Part shown: positions 59,466 through 64,000 of the stretch, piece after piece
Numbering within the stretch: position 1 is the stretch's first letter
Layout: every line of letters begins with the position of its first letter
Assembly (NCBI GenBank): GCA_963664225.1
Contig: OY760937.1
Coordinates: forward strand, 1,376,001 to 1,440,000
Direction of reading: 5' to 3'
DNA: 64,000 nucleotides
Source of the DNA: Verrucomicrobiia bacterium
GTDB lineage: Bacteria > Verrucomicrobiota > Verrucomicrobiia > Limisphaerales > UBA1319
Notes under the pieces: generated by a model
The model's input: only the letters and a program-made list of their open reading frames with translations
What the model was told of the DNA's origin: nothing
The model's database searches: none
Made by a program: the position numbers and the translations under genes

Positions 59466-62400
59466 TCAGTGTAGCAGCTGCACCCTGTAAAACCGACGAG
59501 ACGAATTGATGACATCCGTCTTTGAAGCAGTGCGGCCGGAGGCCAGGATATCGCCATTGAGATCCGTCCAGAGGTTTGTCGTCAAATCGTCTTTGAATTG
59601 AACTCGATAGGTGACGTTGCTGACCGAATTCCATGTGATGGAAACCTGGGCAGCGCCTATTACAGCGATGTTCGAGATTTTAATTTCGGCCCCGCCAATG
59701 ATGGTCAACGTGCCGCTATTGAACGTGATCGTGTAATTCCCGCTGGTTAATCCATTGGGTGTGATGACATAATTACCCGCGTTCTCGCCCGGTGCGCGCG
59801 TGAAGGAAAGCGTCCCACCCAACACGCTCGCCGTTTCCCCATTCACAAATCCCGCGTAACTTGCCGTGAAGGTCGGGTCCGCCGCTCCATACGTTTTGGT
59901 CTTGTTGTCCGCGGTAACCGATAGCGCTGCCTTATCGATGGTCAATGTGCCGGTGTTGAATGTGATCGTGTAGTTCCCGCTGGTTAACCCACTGGGGGTG
60001 ATGACATAATTGCCTGCGTTCTCGCCCGGTGCGCGCGTGAAGGAAAGCGTCCCACCCAGCACGCTCGCCGTTTCCCCATTCACGAATCCCGCGTAACTCG
60101 CCGTGAAGGTCGGATCAGCCGCTCCATACGTTTTGGTCTTGCTGTCAGCGGTGATGGTCAAACCGGTCCTGTCGATGGTCAGTGATCCGGTAATGAAAGT
60201 AATCGTGTAATTCCCGGTGGTTAATCCACTGGGGGTGATGACGTAATTGCCCACGCTCTCACCTGGTGCGCGCGTGAAGGAAAGCGTCCCACCCAGCACT
60301 CCCGCCGTTTCCCCATTCACAAATCCCGCGTAACTCGCCGTGAAGGTAGGATCCGCCGCTCCATACGTTTTGGTCTTGCTGTCAGCGGTGATGGTCAAGC
60401 CAACCTTGTCGATGGTCAGTGATCCGGTATTGAACGTGATCGTGTAATTCCCGGTGGTTAATCCGCTGGGTGTGATGACGTAATTGCCCGCGTTCTCGCC
60501 CGGTGCGCGCGTGAAGGAAAGCGTCCCACCCAGGACGCTCGCGGTTTCCCCATTCACGAATCCCGCGTAACTCGCCGTGAAGGTCGGATCAGCCGCTCCA
60601 TACGTTTTAGTCTTGTTGTCCGCGGTGATGGTCAGGCCAACTTTGTCGATGGCCAGCGAGCCGATGTTGAACGTAATCGTATAATTCCCGCTGGTTAATC
60701 CGCTGGGTGTGATGACGTAATTGCCCGCGTTCTCGCCCAGTGCGCGCGTGAAGGAAAGTGCCCCACCCAGCACGCTCGACGTTTCCCCATTCACAAATCC
60801 CGCGTAACTCGCCGTGAAGGTCGGATCCGTCGCTCCATACGTTTTGGTCTTGTTGTCCGCGGTGATGGTCAAACCGGCCTTGTCGATGGTCAATGAGCCG
60901 GTGTTGAACGTGATCGTATAATTGCCACTGGTCAGTCCGCTAGGTGTGATGAGGTAGCTGCCCACGCTCTCACCTGGCGCGCGTATGAAGTTCAGTGCGC
61001 CGCCCAGCACGCTCGCCGTTTCCCCATTCACAAATCCCGCGTAACTCGCCGTGAAGGTCGGATCCGTCACTCCATACGTTTTGGTCTTGCTGTCAGCAGT
61101 AACCGATAGATGGACAGGTGCAATCACCAGCGTGCTTCCTGCGAAACTGATGGTGTAACTGCCGTTGGCTGCAAGCGTTCCCTGGGTAATTGCGTAAGGA
61201 CTGCTTGCCACAGTCTCGCCCGATGCCCGCGATAGCGTGCCTGTCAATACAGTGGCCGGTGTGTCAGTGAACTTCAGCCCGCTCACGGAGTAGGTGAGGG
61301 GCGGCTCCGATGCTCCGTAAACTTTGATCTGGGGATCGGCTGTGATTGTCAAAGTCGATGGATTTACGGTGATGTGGAATACATTTGTGGCCTTCAGGTT
61401 TGGGCTGCCACCATCGTCCGCGACAACCGTTACAGGATACACGCCAGCCTGTGTTGGTGTCCCTGCAAACGTGCGTGTGGATCCCGCAAAGTTGATGCCT
61501 GGCGGCATTTCAAAGGCCGTGTAACTCAACGTGTCGTTATCAGGGTCCGTGAATGTATTGGCTGGAAACTGGAAGTTGAACGCATCCCCGTAATAAACGG
61601 GCGCCGGATCGGCAATCGGGTTGGCCACCACCGGCTTTAGATTGGTGACCTTGAGCGTTACGGATGCGAGGTCGTAACTCACCTGCATGCCGAGGTCGTT
61701 GGAAGGATAGTTGAAGGTCGCGAATACACCGCCTCGGCTGGCTGCGGTCAGGAAAGTGAACGTCGCGCCGTTGGTTGGGAGGAAGCTGTTGGTTAACGTG
61801 ACATTGAGCGTGCCACCCAGCGAGGCAACCCCTCCAGCGCCCCCTGCGGTGACAGTGATCAAATCGAATCCGGTCCCTGGCGCATATCCGCCCAGGTCAA
61901 TGTTCAATACGCCGGAGGCTGTTTGCTGATAATTACCAGTGATGTCCAATTCACCCAGAGGCAGCCCAGGGCTGATGCTGGCGGAATTAATGACATTCTG
62001 GTTGTTGGCCAGGGTAATCGAACCCGTGCCGATTAGCCTGCCACCCACGAAATTCAGCGGTTGTCCCTGGACGTCCAAACCGCCACCGTCCAGGAGCGTA
62101 AGCCCGGCCGTTTGTTGGTTTACAGCATAGCGCACAACGTTGGTTTGCACGTCCACGGTTCCGGTGTTGATGAACTGTGGATCAATGGTTGTGGTTCCGA
62201 GCGCCGCTGTGCCGCCCGACTTGCGAAAGAGGCCGGCGTTGTTGAACGTGGCAGGGGCGGTGGCCATATTCATGCGGCCATCGAACGTGTTTTCGAACGT
62301 CCCGCCAGCCTCGTTGTTAATCACGGCTCCGCTGCCTGCGGTGATGTTGCCAACGTTCCACGTCACAACCCCCGCATTGTTCAACGTGCGCGCTGTGAGC

Positions 62401-62882
62401 GTTGCATTGCCGGTTATGTTCACCGCGCCGTTGGTGCTGATGCTCGTTACCGCTGCGCCGCTCATGGTGCCGCCAGCCCAGTTCAGAGTGCCGTCCACAG
62501 TGAGCGCGCCCAAGCCGGTTACGGTGCTATTGGCCACGGTCATCGCAAGATGGCCATTGGGGTTCACCACGCTCGCGCCGTTTAATGTCAGGATGGACCT
62601 GCCCAGGGACAGGGTTTGTGTGCCGCTGGTCCCACCGAGTGTGAGGCTGCCAACGGTCGCATTTACGGCATCCGGAAGTGTGACGGTGTAGGTTCCACTA
62701 TTGTTGATGAAGACATTGTCGCCCGCCCCCGGCAACTGTGCCGGACTCCAATTGCCGGCGTTATTCCAAAGCCCGGTGCCGCCGATCCATGTGATGTCTG
62801 CGGCTTGAACTGAGGGGATGCCAGACTGCAAGTTAATGGCAATCATCGCCAGACCGGCAATAGACAAGAATTGATTATTCAT
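59466..62882 (-). CDS. Large secreted/surface protein: beta-helix-like region, Ig/cadherin-like domain, seven MBG-type repeats, C-terminal sorting-like domain
   Basis: Signal peptide; G/N/T-rich repeats; FTDPDNDTLSY...GTPT; repeated ITADNKTKTYGAADPTFT; tail YRVQFKDDL..W..RRFYRV. Confidence 0.85.
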   Translation of the reverse strand: MNNQFLSIAGLAMIAINLQSGIPSVQAADITWIGGTGLWNNAGNWSPAQLPGAGDNVFINNSGTYTVTLPDAVNATVGSLTLGGTSGTQTLSLGRSILTLNGASVVNPNGHLAMTVANSTVTGLGALTVDGTLNWAGGTMSGAAVTSISTNGAVNITGNATLTARTLNNAGVVTWNVGNITAGSGAVINNEAGGTFENTFDGRMNMATAPATFNNAGLFRKSGGTAALGTTTIDPQFINTGTVDVQTNVVRYAVNQQTAGLTLLDGGGLDVQGQPLNFVGGRLIGTGSITLANNQNVINSASISPGLPLGELDITGNYQQTASGVLNIDLGGYAPGTGFDLITVTAGGAGGVASLGGTLNVTLTNSFLPTNGATFTFLTAASRGGVFATFNYPSNDLGMQVSYDLASVTLKVTNLKPVVANPIADPAPVYYGDAFNFQFPANTFTDPDNDTLSYTAFEMPPGINFAGSTRTFAGTPTQAGVYPVTVVADDGGSPNLKATNVFHITVNPSTLTITADPQIKVYGASEPPLTYSVSGLKFTDTPATVLTGTLSRASGETVASSPYAITQGTLAANGSYTISFAGSTLVIAPVHLSVTADSKTKTYGVTDPTFTASYAGFVNGETASVLGGALNFIRAPGESVGSYLITPSGLTSGNYTITFNTGSLTIDKAGLTITADNKTKTYGATDPTFTASYAGFVNGETSSVLGGALSFTRALGENAGNYVITPSGLTSGNYTITFNIGSLAIDKVGLTITADNKTKTYGAADPTFTASYAGFVNGETASVLGGTLSFTRAPGENAGNYVITPSGLTTGNYTITFNTGSLTIDKVGLTITADSKTKTYGAADPTFTASYAGFVNGETAGVLGGTLSFTRAPGESVGNYVITPSGLTTGNYTITFITGSLTIDRTGLTITADSKTKTYGAADPTFTASYAGFVNGETASVLGGTLSFTRAPGENAGNYVITPSGLTSGNYTITFNTGTLTIDKAALSVTADNKTKTYGAADPTFTASYAGFVNGETASVLGGTLSFTRAPGENAGNYVITPNGLTSGNYTITFNSGTLTIIGGAEIKISNIAVIGAAQVSITWNSVSNVTYRVQFKDDLTTNLWTDLNGDILASGRTASKTDVINSSRRFYRVQLLH
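59700..61120 (-). repeat. Six near-identical 237-bp (79-aa) tandem coding repeats
   Basis: Anchor ACGTTTT(G/A)GTCTTG at 59891, 60128, 60365, 60602, 60839, 61076. Confidence 0.95.
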
Positions 62883-63258
62883 AATAGACTCATTTCCCCG
62901 TTGTTTTCGACCATGTTATCCTCGGTAAACCCTTCCATTGGGTGCGGTATGGAATCCCGCATTCCTGGGTAAGAGGGCTCAATGGTGATTTTGTTCCCGA
63001 TAAACTGGGAAAACATTTTGCAAATGGCGCCATTGCAGGCTACCATAACCCTTGACTAATGAATTGCTGCGTTGCTCGACTGGGCCTGTTTCCGCAGTCA
63101 ATTAGAGCTTGGTGAGGTTCGGAACGGGCAGGGTGCGCATGGCTGCAACATCCAAAATCGCATGAATCGCCAGGCATATAAAATCAAGACCGCTGCTGGA
63201 CCTGCTCAGGCGCTGGGGATTGCCCCTTAAACCCTAAAACTTTAGCGATTCGACCCTG

Positions 63259-63441
63259 ATGAAAGCCTATTTGATTACCACCGGCACGGTCTTCGGTCTG
63301 ATTACTCTGGCACATATCCTGCGCCTGTTTGCGGAGGGACCACGGCTTGCGAAGGAGCCGTTGTTTCTTCTCCTGACACTGGCTGCTGCTGGTTTGAGCT
63401 TTTGGGCGTGGCGCTTGCTTTGGAGATCTTCCCGCCCATGA
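63259..63441 (+). CDS. Small two-TM membrane protein
   Basis: MKAYLITTGTVFGLITLAHILR...WAWRLL; two hydrophobic segments. Confidence 0.6.
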   Translation: MKAYLITTGTVFGLITLAHILRLFAEGPRLAKEPLFLLLTLAAAGLSFWAWRLLWRSSRP

Positions 63442-63591
63442 TCAGGGCCTTCCCCATCGGTGCCAGGATCGACGAATGGCATTCCGCATTCTCAGCCGGT
63501 TTGATTCGATCGCAATAAAACGGGCTCTGGAATGTCCCCTGCTAAACATCACCAGAGCCCGCGCTTGCCTTGGATTGTACGCAAGGCAAAT

Positions 63592-64000
63592 TCAATACTT
63601 CAGCAGTACTTGTCCGCGGATTTCACCTCCGCCATTAATTGTGGTGTGAATGTTGACATAGGTCATGCCGGTCACGATATCAGCCAGCCAGTCGGCGGTC
63701 AGGCTCGCGGTTCCCGAAAGGGTTCCTGAGGTTCCCGCGGCGCCCACCAATGGAAAGAGCACCCCGGCTGGTAGTGTGACATTGGCTGGACCGTGAATGT
63801 GAGAGGCCGTGGCGTCGGAGGTCAGGCCCGAATAACGGATCGAATAGGTCAGGTTGGTTCCACTCAGAGACAAATTACCGCTTCCGGTGCCTGGAGAGGC
63901 CACCGGAGGCACTTCGGATACCCCGTTGAGGTCCACTGTGAATTGCCAGGGCAACACCTGCCCTCGGATTTCCCCGCCTGGATGCAGGCTGGTATGAATG
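63592..64000 (-). CDS. CHRD-repeat protein, 3' part (runs off the window edge)
   Basis: LNGVSEVPP, HIHGPA, YVNIHT..GGEIRGQ, preceded by the end of another repeat (HTSLHPGGEIRGQV). Confidence 0.9.
   Translation of the reverse strand, partial: IHTSLHPGGEIRGQVLPWQFTVDLNGVSEVPPVASPGTGSGNLSLSGTNLTYSIRYSGLTSDATASHIHGPANVTLPAGVLFPLVGAAGTSGTLSGTASLTADWLADIVTGMTYVNIHTTINGGGEIRGQVLLKY

Noticed and set aside
59700..61120. CRISPR-like or diversity-generating array
   Set aside because: Units are in-frame coding repeats without unique spacers; no cas or reverse transcriptase gene in the window
62883..63258. c-di-GMP riboswitch upstream of the surface protein
   Set aside because: No GGCAAAC...GACGCAAAG-type consensus seen on the coding strand

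Overview
GC-rich bacterial DNA, probably Verrucomicrobiota (inferred from gene content and the C-terminal 'W-x-DL...RFYRV' tail of the large surface protein). It has three parts. (1) 1-20950 looks like the right part of an integrated genomic island ending at a tRNA 3'-end duplication (20929-20950). It carries a SAM methyltransferase, TolC, a YeeE/YedE pair, a P3A H+-ATPase fused to DUF2934, lemA with an M48 peptidase, several decayed genes, and a long ArsR-led redox/metal(loid) operon. That operon encodes the most unusual protein here: an exported thioredoxin + NosL-like + MerB-like fusion in which the MerB catalytic Asp is replaced by Cys. (2) 20965-38400 holds accessory metabolism: an alpha-mannan locus (GH76, GH92, GH125, sugar MFS, esterase, DUF1080), a PagL-like protein, and a staphyloxanthin-type C30 carotenoid cluster (crtN, aldH, crtP, crtQ, crtO plus a TPR-like gene; no crtM). 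(3) 38650-64000 is mostly housekeeping (infA, RRM protein, larA, bioA, bioF, hpf, xylB, thiE, accBC, aroQ, holB, site-2 protease), plus a candidate rod-shaped ncRNA, an MBG-repeat surface protein and a partial CHRD-repeat gene. All family assignments come from recognising motifs by eye; no searches were run.
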